Part shown: in pieces, positions 1-11,766 of the stretch
How the letters are laid out: each line of letters opens with the position of its first letter
How positions within the stretch are numbered: position 1 is the stretch's first letter
NCBI RefSeq assembly: GCF_006345805.1
Contig: NC_043009.1
Span: 1,612,001-1,676,000, forward strand
Direction: 5' to 3'
DNA: 64,000 nucleotides
Source of the DNA: Octopus sinensis
Lineage: Eukaryota
The notes under the pieces: model-generated
Seen by the model: the letters and a program-made list of their open reading frames with translations, nothing else
What the model was told of the DNA's origin: nothing
The model's database searches: none
Program-made: the position numbers and the translations under genes

Positions 1-599
1 AGAAAATTAAGACCGTTTTTCTTGCTTGGAATCATGGAATTTAGAATTTAGCAGAAAAAGACCCAGGGTGGTGAGGTGGGGGTTGGGAAGCAGCAAAGGA
101 TTGTTGACATTGTTGAAGACTAAAACAAGAATAAGAACATTAAATAAACTAACCACCCTCTCTTCCCATCCATCTCGACAGACACCACCACCCCCGGCTC
201 TTCCACCCAGCCTCTATGTACCCAACCCACCCAAACACCCACAACCACCTCCCTATATTACTGTTTTGGAGATCTACTTTCACTAAGATATATATATATC
301 CCCACCCTACAAAAAAGAAAATAAAGACCACCACCACCATCATCATTTATTCTTCAGCTATATCTATCTTTAAATATTTGAAGAATTTCTCTTCTGATTC
401 TCTAAAAAAATCCCAACATTAAAGTTACCAATTTCCTTGTTTCTTATCTATTTTTCATTCTATTTTTTTCCCTTCAAAATACCCCTACACCCTCTAGTAA
501 AAATTTTCTCACCCCCCTACATCCTTCTCACCTTTTCCCCTGCCTTGCTTCACCAAATACATATAGTTGTTACATACCGAGAACATATGTGGCTTTAGT

Positions 600-1920
600 A
601 ATGGTTAGTATTATTACTGTTGGTGTTGTTGTTGTTAGTGTTGTTGTTGCTGTCAATTGGTTTTTAGCAATTCTGATAATAACGCAGTCTTTTCTTGTTT
701 GTTGTCTTCGGCCTTCTTGTCGTCCTCGTTACTGTAATTGTTATTAAACCTGAAGATAATGTTACTGTTGTTATTATTATTATTATTATTGCTGTTGGTC
801 ACCTTGTTACTGCCTTTACAGGTGTTGACAATGCATTTGTTAATCACAATACTGTTGTTATTAGTCTTGCTTTTGTCGTGAAGTTAATTAATTTTAGCAA
901 TTCTGATAACGATGATGATGTTTCTGCTGCAAACAATACAGTTTTTGTTGCTAATTGTCTTCAGCCTTCTTCTTCTTCTTGTCGTCACTGTTATTCTTGT
1001 TAAACCTGAAGACAACGGCTCCTGTTAGTGTTCTTATTGTTGTTAACGATGCTTATCTTAATCCCAATACTGTTGTTGTTGTTGTTATTGCAGTTTTGGT
1101 CTTGTCTTGTAACTTTATATTAAATAAACAAAAATACAAGTTCCTCTTGTTAGCATTCTTGCTATCATTATCATTATTATTATTATTATTTACATTGATA
1201 TTGTTGTTGTTGCTATCAATATCATTATTACTATCAATGTGGATTCTTAAGACATTTTAAATTATTTTTTTGTTATTGTTATTGTGTTGATAATGCTGTT
1301 TTTATATTTGTTGTTGTTCTGGTTGATTCCAATATTATTGTTGTTGTTGTTGTTAGTGTTAAAGATCCTGAAGAGGTTTCCAATAATGTTGTTTCTGTTA
1401 GGTTCGTTGTTGTTGAGATTGATGGTGATTCTGATATTGTTGTTGTTGTTGTTGCTAGTGCTGTAGATTCTGAAGACCTTACAATTGATGATGTTTATAT
1501 TGTTGTTGTCGTGGTTACTGATGATGTTGCTGATGTTGTAGCGATTGATTATTGCTGATGTTTGCTGCGGTTATTGTTGTCGCTGATGATGATGACAACG
1601 ACAACGATGGCTGCTGTGCTTGTTGCTGGTCACCACCACCACCACCACCACCACCACCACTACCACCGTTGTTGTTGTTGTTGATACTAATATTGCTGAG
1701 GCCGTTAATTATTTCTGCTGCTGTTGTTGCTGTTGTAGTTGAATTTGATGATGTCACTATCGTTGGTGGTGGTGTTGTTGTTGTTGCTGTCGATGTTGAT
1801 GTCATCGAGTCTGATGTTGTCCCTCTTGTTGTTGTCATCGAGTCTGGTTAATATTACTGTTGCTGTTACTAATGATAGTGATGACACATCTACTCCTGTT
1901 CCTGGTGCTGCAGTTGGTAT
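600..1920. repeat. Cryptically simple GTT/GAT/GCT-rich region containing a degenerate ~230-bp tandem duplication
   Basis: Shared anchors TTTTAGCAATTCTGATAA (662 and 892), TTAAACCTGAAGA (~745 and ~1000) and AATC(A/C)CAATACTGTTGTT (842 and 1060). Frames are repeatedly broken. Confidence 0.7.
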
Positions 1921-2032
1921 CACATCTATTCATACAGCTATCCAGATATCTATATATACATGTGTATATATATACCTGTCTGTATATTCATATATATATA
2001 TATCTATAGATATATGTGTGTGTAAGTCGTCT

Positions 2033-2194
2033 AAGAGTCCCTAAATCAGATAATCAGATAGGAATCCGTAAGTCAGATAATCAGATAAGAGTCCATAAGT
2101 CAAATAATCAGGTAAGAGTCCGTAAGTCAGCTAATCAGATAAGAGTCCCTAAGTCAGCTAATCAGATAAGAGTCCCTAAGTCAGTTAATCAGAT
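2033..2194. repeat. 27-bp minisatellite, 6 copies (consensus AAGAGTCCCTAAGTCAGCTAATCAGAT)
   Basis: Units start at 2033, 2060, 2087, 2114, 2141 and 2168 with no spacers. Confidence 0.95.
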
Positions 2195-2439
2195 AATCGC
2201 ACTGTTGAATCCGTAGTGCAAAACCAATTGGTAAGACCGGCTGTAATGGATATGTAGGACTGTACACATCAGATAATAAATATATATATATGTGTGTATA
2301 TTGGACATAAGAGTCGCAGAGGTATTTTATAGTAAGGTTATCCTGCAAATGATTGCTGGACAATGGGAGAAGAAATAAAATAAAATAATTAAAGAAAATA
2401 TACAAAAATATATACTATGAGAATCACTACTTCTCCAAC

Positions 2440-2995
2440 CCCCTCCTCTACCACCACCACACCACCAACCCGCCAAGGACAACACAACAACAGCAACAAC
2501 AACAACAAGTACAATTTGTTTTATTGTCTAGACTGCTTGAAAATTTGATAGTTAATTGATGGGACGAGGAATGGAAAGGAGACGGCAAGAACAACGACAA
2601 GAACAGGGAGAACAATAGTTGGACAACAACAATAATTATGGCAGAAACAGTGGGGGGGGGGCAACAACAACAACAACAAAGCAACAGTTAACAGTAGAAA
2701 CAATAATAACAGTAATAATACAAACAACAACAATAGAAACAGCAGCAGCAACGACAGAAGCAGCAGCAACAGAAAGACAGCAGAAGGACAGCAGCAGCAA
2801 CGGCAGCAGTAGTATCACCAACAGCAGCAAAAGTGACGACGATAATGCCAACAACAAGAAAAACAACAGTAGCAGCAGCAGCACCAGCAGCAGCATTTAA
2901 ATTCACAACAACAAGCCTAATTATAATTATAATTACAACTGAAATTATGACAGAAACAAGAAAAGGAAGAGCAGCAGCAGCAGCAGCAGCAGCAA
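2440..2995. repeat. AAC/AGC/ACC trinucleotide low-complexity tract
   Basis: Runs of CAA, CAG, AAT and ACC with stops in all informative frames. Confidence 0.7.
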
Positions 2996-3658
2996 GGACA
3001 TAAAAAGAGCAATTACACTGACAACAACTGCACAATTCGAACTTGTATGAAGCTCCTATGTGGTCAAAGCAGAACGCTAGAAATAGGAGTGATATCGCCT
3101 TAAAAATCACATCCTACAATGTCTTTTCTTTTTTTTTTATAAGACACATTGGATCATGTAGTCCTAGATATACTATTCTTGAATAATTCTAAAAAAAAGA
3201 AACAGAAAGAAAAGGTGATCAAGGCCGGAATGCTTCCGACTGTATGGCAGGTCTTGCTTAAGAAGGGGAACCACAAGAAATAATAGCCACAACATTAAAA
3301 GAGAAGACACTGCAATGAGAAAGAGGGACCAGGTAGTTGATTGGATATGGTGAGGGTCACCTGACTGGAGAAGTTTGTGATTAAAGAGTTAATTTCTACT
3401 TTTGTTTATATATATATATATATATATATGACATCTTGGATGAGTGTCAGACTTGGATACACTAATGTCTTGAGAATGAAATCAAACAAGTGGAAACTGT
3501 GTGGAAGTCCGTTGGGTTTACTCTTTATGCAAATACACACAGTACAGGCCTGTATGCTGAATGTTAATAATGGCTAGAAAAGCCAGCCTTTTACTACCTT
3601 GTGCTAGTGAAAAGTCTACTGCTTTTAGACACATAATTAACAGCATTGTGGTCTTCTT

Positions 3659-3810
3659 GGAGTGGTTGGCGTTAGGAAGGGCATTCAGATGTAGAAACTC
3701 TGCCAGATTAAATTGGAGCCTGGTGCAGCCATCTGGTTTGCCAGTCTTCAGTCAAATCGTCCAACCCATGCTAGCATGGAAAGCGGACGTTAAATGATGA
3801 TGATGATGAT
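3659..3810 (+). mobile_element. RTE LINE 3' tail fragment ending in (GAT)n
   Basis: TGGTTGGCGTTAGGAAGGGCAT...CCAACCCATGCTAGCATGGAAAGCGGACGTTAAATGATGATGAT matches the 3' end of the LINE at 8042-8200. Confidence 0.85.
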
Positions 3811-4142
3811 ATAGTAAATTCAAAACTATGAAGAACAAGCACAAAACAACAACAACACAAGGATGTGGTACATGTAAAGCATTAGTAAACACTCAGGAAG
3901 GAAAGAAAGGTGGTTTTATATTTTGAGGAAAGCTCTTTTTCAGAAAGAGGAGACAGAGGAAAGTCCAATGGAAAAAGAAGATGGAGGAAAAAAAGAAGTC
4001 GACAACAATTCACATGTGAAATGACATGAAGGGAATGGGTAAAGAAAAAGTTCTTTAAGAGAGGAGAGTGTAAGAGAAGAATGTATGTGTGGGTATGTGC
4101 ATGCACACAAGTCTGTGCAAGTGTGTGTGTGTAATTGTGTGT

Positions 4143-4450
4143 GGGATTGCACCTAGAAAGTTATCTTCCCAGGTACAAGTCCGGGCAAGGTTGTTTATGG
4201 AAGACCAGCAGTCACCCATGCATACCGGCCTCCCCTCTCCATACCACCAGTGTTATCCAAGGGAAAGGCAAAGGGGCCGATACAGCTTGGCACCTGTGAC
4301 GTTGCAACTCATTTCTACAGCTGAGTGAACTGGAGCAACGTGAAATAAAGTGTCTTGCTCAAGAACACAACACACAGCCTGGTCCGGGATTCGAACTTAC
4401 AACCTCACGATCGTAAGCTCGATGCTCTAACCACTGAGCCATGTGCCTTC
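4143..4450 (-). mobile_element. tRNA-derived SINE, family C
   Basis: Minus strand has an A-box (TGGCTCAGTGGTTAGAGC) and B-box (GTTCGAATCCC). Near-identical copies at 17550, 21555 and 56720. Confidence 0.85.
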
Positions 4451-4548
4451 ACAGTTGAGCACTAGGGTTAATATAAACAACTACCTTCCCCCTCCCTTCA
4501 AATTTCAGGCTTTGAGCCTATAGTAGAAAGGTTTTATTATTAGTATTA

Positions 4549-4775
4549 CTAAGATGGTGAGCTGGTAGAATTGTTAGTGTGTTTGGACAAAATGCTAAGT
4601 GATATTTCTTGCAGCTCTTTACATTCTGAGTTCAAATCCCACTGAGGCCAGTTATGCTTTCGGTCCTTTTAGGGTTGATAACACAAAAGTACCAGTCATT
4701 GGGTTGATGGTAGCGAATGAACCAATTTATCAAAATTTCAGACTTTGTTCCTCGGTTGTTAAAAAAATTATTATT
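4549..4775 (+). mobile_element. Nin/Deu-domain-like SINE, subfamily B2
   Basis: GAGCTGG..GAA..GTTAG head, GTTCAAATCC B-box, GCTTTCGGTCCTTTTAGGGTTGATAA Deu/Nin-like core and (ATT)n tail. It directly follows the tail of another B2 copy (4490-4545). Confidence 0.75.
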
Positions 4776-5654
4776 CAAAACAAGAATTAAAAAAAAAAGA
4801 AGAAAACTAAAGAGTGAACCTGAATCTTTACCAAGGAATCCTATCAAAACTTTTGTTTTTTAGGATCTTTTGGGACAAGCCCTCTGCCCCTCTCCTGACA
4901 TTTAAATCAACTACTACAACTACTACTACAAGACTTTCAATCAGATTTCCAGAAGCTGGCACACCTATAATCTCAGATTATTATTATTATGTTTATTATT
5001 ATTATTATTATTTCTCGGGTAGTAGTTTTGTTTTTGTTTTTTTGAGAGAGGGAGGAAGAGGGAACTATCAGGAATTTTATGGGTGGGAGGACAAGAAGGG
5101 GGGGGGATGGAATGAATGGTGCAGTTCAGGAGTTAGGGTAGTGGTGGTGGTGGTGTTGAAGAGAGAAGGTGTGCATGTGTATGTGCGTAGATTTGTAGGC
5201 ATGCATGCATTTGCGTATGTGTATGCTTGTGCATGTGTGTGTGTGTGTATTAGTCTGTGTGTGCCTCTGTATGTGTGTGTAAGTATGCTTGTATGTGTTT
5301 GTGTGTATGTGCGCTTGTCTGTGTGCTTGTGTGTGTGTGTGTGTGTGCATATGTGTGTTGAGGGCGTGATTGTCTCTTGGGTCAGGTGTTTGGCAGAGTG
5401 ATGCATTCCTTGCTCGTCAACCCCCCCCACACACACCACTGCCGATTTCCCCACTCCCTCCCACTCCTCCGTTCATTAAACACCTCTCATCTACATAGCA
5501 TGGCAGATATGGCCTTTCTTCTTTACTCCACTCTCTGTAACCTGCCACCACCACCACCACCACCACCATCAACAACACTAATTTTATAACAACAAAAAAC
5601 TCCAGGCTGGAGTAGCAAATTATGTGACTCATTGAAAATGATTTTTCTTTCTAG

Positions 5655-6290
5655 ATGTCTATCATCACCACCACCACCACCATCAACTGCACTGTTATGA
5701 ACCCCCAACACCACCACCATCATCATCATCATCATGTACACTTGTACGATCATGAATATCACAACACCCCTACTATCACTATCATCATCATAACTGCTAA
5801 CATAAATACTACTACCACCACCACCACCGTCATCACCACAACTGCTGCTACCACCATCACTGCTACTGTCATCATTATCATCACCAGTAGCAGCATGAAC
5901 GTCACTACACCACGAATATGGCACTACTATCACCATAGTTACCAACCTTATTACTACCACCACAACCATCAGTACCATCGTTAGTGTCATCATCATCACC
6001 ACTAGTAGCACCATCATCATTATAACCACTATCACCACCACCATCATAAACAATCTTCGCTACCTCTGCTAGCATGAAAACCATCATTGCTAGCGCTACC
6101 AAGGATACTAACTCTACCACAATAATAAACTCAATAGCAACTCTGCTGTTGGGCCCATATACAGCTCCAGTATGGGCCACCACTTCCACCTCACACATCA
6201 CCAAACTTACTATCATCATTGATGAATCTTCCAATTTGACAGAAACACAATCCTTATCAACACGGTCATTGATGGAAAATAAACCCATGG
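5655..6290. repeat. ACC/ATC/ACT low-complexity tract
   Basis: Degenerate triplet repeats that generate the T/H/I-rich pseudo-ORFs in the ORF track. Confidence 0.7.
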
Positions 6291-6752
6291 TCCCAAGAGT
6301 GTAGTGGATGCTTTTTATGTGCCTCCAGCACGGGAGCTGGTCAGGCAGCACTGGCATCGACCACACTCGAATGGTGACATATGCATGCACGATGGACCTC
6401 TTTCAGTTTCCACCTTCCAAATCCACTCACGAGGGTTTGGCCAGCTTGGAACTATGATAGGAGATACTTGCTCAAGGTGTCATGAGGTGGGAGTGAATCA
6501 GGGTCACAGTGTGAGAAGCAAACTTCTTGACCACACACAATTACATCTGCACCTGTGTGTGTGTGTGTGTGTGTGCATGCTGGTGGCATATAAGAAGCAC
6601 CCAACACAATCTGTAAAGTGGCTGATGTCAAGAAGAAGAGTATCCAGCTGTGCCAAAACAGACAATTGGATTTTGGACAGATCTCTGGCTGGACAGCTCC
6701 TATCAAACTGTCTAACCCATGCCAGCATGGAAAACAGACGATAAATGATGAT
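6290..6752. mobile_element. Composite of an RTE tail (-, 6290-6370), a CORE-SINE A head (-, 6400-6540) and an RTE tail (+, 6585-6752)
   Basis: Similarity to other in-window copies of the same families. Confidence 0.7.
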
Positions 6753-6763
6753 CACACACAAAG

Positions 6764-6803
<40 letters not shown>

Positions 6804-7073
6804 GTATATTTATGAGTCAACAAAAATTACATTCTGACGAATCAACAAAAAATTATATATGTTTATGTGGACATGTAAGAGAGAGAGGGAGAGAGAGAGA
6901 GAGAGTATATGTGCACACACACGTGTGTGTGTATGTATGTGTTTGTAGTGCTTATCAAAGTGCACAATATATAAACAGTAGCATTGACTCCGAAGCCCAT
7001 ATGTTCCATGGCACAGCAAAACAGATGTCAGGAAAGACTTTTAGTGTTGTTTTAGTAAATTTTCATGTTACAG

Positions 7074-7144
7074 GTTTATTGGTTAAGTTGGTCGCAGAGT
7101 TTAGACACGAAGAACGAGACTGAAGAATATGGTAGGAGGATGCT
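7074..7144 (+). CDS. Candidate internal exon (VYWLSWSQSLDTKNETEEYGRRML), product unknown
   Basis: Acceptor TTTTCATGTTACAG|G, donor GCT|GTGAGT, open phase-0 frame in non-repetitive sequence. No recognisable homology. Confidence 0.3.
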
Positions 7145-7177
7145 GTGAGTAAAGAATTTTAAACCATATTTATTTTG

Positions 7178-7221
<44 letters not shown>

Positions 7222-7229
7222 GATAGGTG

Positions 7230-7600
7230 TGGGTGTGTGGAAAGAAGCTTCTGGGTTCAATCTCTGTGTGTGGCACCTTGGGCAAGTGTCTTCTACTACA
7301 GCTTCAGGCCAGCCAAAGCCTTGTGAGTGAATTTGGTAGACAGAAACTGTGAGCTGGCAGAAACGTTAGCACACCGGACAAAATGCTTAGCAGTATTTCG
7401 TCTGCCGTTATGTTCTGAGTTCAAATTCTGCCAAGGTTGACTTGCCTTTCATCCTTTCGGGGTCGATAAATTAAATACCAGTCAGGCACTGGGGTTGATG
7501 TAATCGACTTAATGCCTTTGTCTGTCCTTGTTTAGCCCCTTGTGGGCAATAAAGAAATAAGAAACTGAAAGAAGCCCATCGTGTGTATGTGTGTGCATAT
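7230..7600 (+). mobile_element. CORE-type SINE A (OR-like) fragment interrupted by a B1 SINE
   Basis: GTGGCACCTTGGGCAAGTGTCTTCTACTA CORE-like motif; the host sequence resumes at GAAACTGAAAGAAGCCC (7561). Confidence 0.85.
7350..7560 (+). mobile_element. Nin/Deu-domain-like SINE B1 with 7-bp TSD GAAACTG
   Basis: GCCTTTCATCCTTTCGGGGTCGATAAATTAA core. TSD at 7343-7349 and 7561-7567. Confidence 0.9.
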
Positions 7601-7607
7601 ATATTTT

Positions 7608-7912
7608 ATTTTTATGCGCCCTTTTCAAGCCTAGCCAGTCTCATGGACCTGGTTTCCCGGTTTCTGTGGAGTATGTGTTACCCCCAGCTGGACAGGATGC
7701 CAGTCCATCGCAGTTACTCAAGAAGCAGGAAGAGAGAGTGAGGGAAATGGGGCGAAAGAGTACAACAGGGGTCGCCACGACCCCTTGCTGGAGCCTCATG
7801 GAGCTTTAGGTGTTTTCGCTCAATTAAGACATGCAACGCCTGGTCTGGAAATCGAAACCACGATCCTCCAACCGCGAGCCCGCTGCCCTAACCACTGGGC
7901 CATTGCGCCTCC
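7608..7912 (-). mobile_element. tRNA-derived SINE family E (V-domain-like 3' part)
   Basis: Minus strand head GGCGCAATGGCCCAGTGGTTAGGGC and CTGCGATGGACTGGCATCCTGTCCAG. Related copy at 55985. Confidence 0.75.
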
Positions 7913-8041
7913 ACACACACACACATACACCCATATAATAAGAAAAAAGGAAAACCTTTGTTGCAGTGCACCTAATTAATGCTGAATGTGAGCAAAATAT
8001 AACAAAAATGAAAGTGGATGACAGCTTATCCTATAATGATG

Positions 8042-11029
8042 ATCATCATCATCGTTTAAGGTCCGTTTTCCGCGCTAGCACGGGTTGGACGGTTCGACCG
8101 GGGTCTGGGAAGCCAGGGGCCGCTCCAGGCTCCAGTCTGATTTGGCAGAGTTTCTACGGCTGGATGCCCTTCCTAACGCCAACCACTCCGTGAGTGGATT
8201 GGGTGCTTTTTACGTGCCACCTGCACAGGGGCCGGGGGGTCCGGCATCGGTCACGATCGGTTCGAGCTTTTAACGTGCCAGCGGCACGGGGGCAACTGGG
8301 TCCGGGGTACTTTGGGGATCCGGGGTACTTTGAATGGGTAGGGGGTATGTGGAATTGCTGCAGAAAGCAGCCCGGGTCTTTGCAGTCACAGCATATCTCC
8401 AGAGATCTCGGTCCTTCGCCATTGCCTCAGTGAGGCCCAATGCTCTGAGGTCATGCTTGACTACCTCATCCCATGTCTTCCTGGGTATACCTCTCCCCCT
8501 GATACCTTCAACTGTTTGGGAGTGGCACTTCTTCACACATCTCTCTTCATCCATCCGCAGCACATGACCATACCATCGCAAGCGTCGCTCTTGCACACCA
8601 CATCTGATGCTTCTTATATCCAGCATTTCTCTTAGGATGCTTACACTCTGTCTTGCGTGCACACTGACACTACACATCCAGCGGATCATGCTAGCTTCAT
8701 TTCTTTCAAGTCTACGCATGTCCTCTGCAGTCACAGCCCATGTTTCATTACCGTGAAGCATGGCAGTTCGCACACATGCATCATACAATCTACCTTTCGC
8801 TCTGAGGGAGAGACCTTTTGTTGCCAGTAGGGGTAGGAGCTTTCTGAACTTTGCCCAGGCTATTCGTATTCTAGTGGTGATACTCTCTGTGCATCCACCT
8901 CCGCTACTAACTTGGTCACCCAGGTAGCGGAAACTATCAACTACTTCTAGTTTCTCTCCCTGGAGTGTGATGGAATCTGTTTTCTGAGTGTCTGTTGTGT
9001 CTATTGTCCCTGTGCATCTGCCACACATGAAAGCTATCTTATCTGTTAATTTCCCTTTAATGTTGCTGCACCTCTTATGTGTCCATAACTTACATTGGGT
9101 GCATCTTATGGAGTTTCTACCTGTACCTTTCCTACAGATTGAGCAGGGCCACCTACCCGAGGGTGTGTGTGCTGAGTACCTCTTGCTGCTTACTAATACT
9201 TTGGTCTTTGCTACATTTATTCTAAGGCCCTTTGATTCCAACCCTTGCTTCCACACCCGAAATTTCTCTTCTAGTTCCGGTAGTGATTCTGCTATGAGAG
9301 CTAGGTCATCGGCATAGAGGAGCTCCCAGGGGCATCCCGTTTTGAATTCCTCTGTTATTGCCTGAAGGACTATGATGAATAAAAGGGGACTGAGGGCTGA
9401 GCCCTGGTGCACACCTACTTCTACCCGGAATTCTTCACTATATTCGTTGCCAATCCTAACCTTGCTGACAGCCTCTCTGTATAGAGCCTGTACAGCCCTT
9501 ATTAGCCATTCTTCAATCTCCAGTTTCCGCATCGACCACCAGATAAGGGAACGGGGAACCCTGTCAAAGGCTTTCTCCAAGTCTACAAAAGCTATGTAGA
9601 GGGGTTTATCTTTAGCTAGGTACTTCTCCTGCAGTTGTCGGACCAGGATATAGCATCAGTGGTGCTTCTACCTGGTACAAAACCGAACTGCATTTCATCT
9701 AAACAAATTCTCTCCCTAATGAGATGGGTTATGACCTTCTCTGAGACCTTCATCACCTGGTCCAACAGTTTGATACCTCTGTAGTTATTTCTATCTAGAG
9801 CATCACCCTTACCCTTGTAGCAGTTGACTATGGTGCTGCTGCACCAGTCATTGGGTATGACTCCATTGTGAACTACCTGGTTTACAATGCGGGTGACTAT
9901 GGCATAGCCCACATAGCCAGCTGTTTTAAGCATCTCAGCAGTGATTCCTGATAGGCCAGGGGCTTTGCCTGGTTTCATATCCTTAATTGCCTTATCTACA
10001 AGGGAGCTGTCTATTCGGGTAGCTGGTCCCTCTACTGGGTCAACATTGGCAGGCTCTCCTCCTCCCATTCATTCTCCTCATTCAGCAGTCTTTCATAATG
10101 GCTTCTCCAAGCCTCTTTCTTTTCACTAGCAGTAAAAGCAAGTGCCCCATCATCCATGCGGACACATTTCTCTCCTATAACATCACTATTTTCTCTGACA
10201 CACTGTCTGGCAATCCGAAATACTTCAGCTCTTTGATCCTCACGTCGCTGGACATTGGCAAACTTCTTCTTTTCTGCTACATCTTTGGCTATGTATACCT
10301 GCCGCCCAGCCTCCCTTTTGGCTATCTGGTACAGTTCCCTGCTGCCCCCAGCCTTCCAGGCTTTCCAGGCCCGTCTCTTTTTACAGATGGCTTTATCTAC
10401 TGCACTATTCCACCACCACGTAATTCTAGGTCTGGAAGGGACTTTGCACCATCCACAGACTCGGTCTGTGGCACTCAGCAAGCTGTCCCGTAGGAATTCC
10501 CAGCTACCTTCTATGTCTGACGTCTGAAGCTCCTCCTCCCTCTCATCAAATTTCTTGATGAGTATGTCCCTAAATTTCTGACCATGTGAAGGGTTCTTTA
10601 GCCTCCAAATCCTTCTTTTCTGGATTGGTTTGTTTCTTGGAGTCCTTCTGGCCTCAAGCTTAAAGTCACTGATGATTAGTCTATGCTGAGGGATACATTC
10701 TTCACCCGGGAGGGTCTTTGTATTCAAGAGCAACCCTGCATCCCGCTGTCTGGTGAGGATGAAGTCTATTTGGCTAGCGGAGTCTCCTGACTGATAAGTT
10801 ATAAGGTGGCAGACTGGCTTCTTGAAGTTAGTGTTGCAGATTGAAAGGTTACATGCATCACAGAATTCCAGCAGTCTAGTTCCCTCATCATTTCTGGTGC
10901 CAATACCATAGCCACCATGTACCCCAGTGAAGATACCCGATTCCCGCCCAACATGCCCATTAAAATCTCCACCTACAAAGATGAGGTCCTTGCTACTAGT
11001 CTTTGAAGTAGCCTGCAGAAGGGTATCAT
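8042..11029 (-). mobile_element. RTE-clade LINE, 5'-truncated, with complete 3' UTR and (GAT)n tail
   Basis: APE C-terminal half (GDFNGHVG, IDFIL), RT motifs (KAPG, FVDLEKAFD, QGSALSP, YADD, FRYLG), RTE C-terminus (RLRWYGHVLRM...RKTW) and microsatellite tail. Confidence 0.97.
8270..11029 (-). pseudogene. RTE ORF (endonuclease-RT with inserted PHD finger), two 1-bp frameshifts
   Basis: ORF-track pieces 10032-10733, 9616-10068 and 8270-9580 join after restoring one base at ~10046 and one at ~9648. No in-frame stops were seen in the joined frame. YADD is at 9305-9316. Confidence 0.95.
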
Positions 11030-11044
11030 GATATATATATATAT

Positions 11045-11170
11045 ATCAAAATAAGCAACAAGTATATCCGAGGTAATGTGGTACGATCGTTTCAGGCTAC
11101 TTCATTTTATTAAACACCTGTAAGCATTACATCAGTTTTAAAATGTCGAGCAATTGTTGCCTATTTTGAT
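11045..11170. repeat. Segment bounded by 17-bp inverted repeats next to (TA)n, possible Penelope-like terminal remnant
   Basis: ATCAAAATAAGCAACAA (11045-11061) versus TTGTTGCCTATTTTGAT (11154-11170), 16/17 match. Confidence 0.6.
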
Positions 11171-11277
11171 TGTAATCACCCCATGGATTTATATGGATAA
11201 TGCCATACAAAATTCTGGTGCCTTTGACTTAAGTACCATATTCATCTGAATCTAAATTTTGTTGAACTTTATATATA

Positions 11278-11352
<75 letters not shown>

Positions 11353-11766
11353 TTGTGTGTGTATGTCTCTGTCTGTCCTTTATCATGACTTGACAACTGG
11401 TGTTGGTGTTTACGTTTCCATAACTTAGCAGTTTAGCAAAAGAGACTGATAGAATAAGTAACAGTCTTAAAAAGAAAAACAGTAAGTACTGGGATTGACT
11501 CATTCAATTAAATATTCCTCAAGGTGGTGTCCCAGCATGACCGCATGGCCACAGCCAAATGAGTGAAACGAGTAAAAGAAGAGCCAGTGATGGGTGCCTA
11601 TCACATATGAATACACACACACACACACACACACATACATATATATTCAAATGATATTAAAATCTGTTGAAGAATGGAAGCATATTCAATGAATGCAGTG
11701 AAGTATGTCCTAGATTGGAAACTGGACATTTGTATTCTTGTGACTCGTTTCATGCCACTGCAATTA

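Noticed and set aside
2033-2194. CRISPR-like array
   Set aside because: Units are contiguous with no unique spacers, the context is eukaryotic, and there are no cas genes.
3465-3570. LENEIKQVETVWKSVGFTL resembling a dynein heavy-chain stem segment
   Set aside because: There is an in-frame stop immediately upstream, no credible splice sites and no other dynein exons.
4380-4450. tRNA genes (also at 7850-7912, 23083-23150, 32365-32430, 47770-47838, 55985-56060)
   Set aside because: A/B boxes are present but continue into SINE bodies and lack a complete acceptor stem; these are SINE heads.
8036-11032. ATGAT as the target-site duplication of the RTE LINE
   Set aside because: It overlaps the (GAT)n tail and the LINE's own sequence, so it cannot be distinguished from chance.
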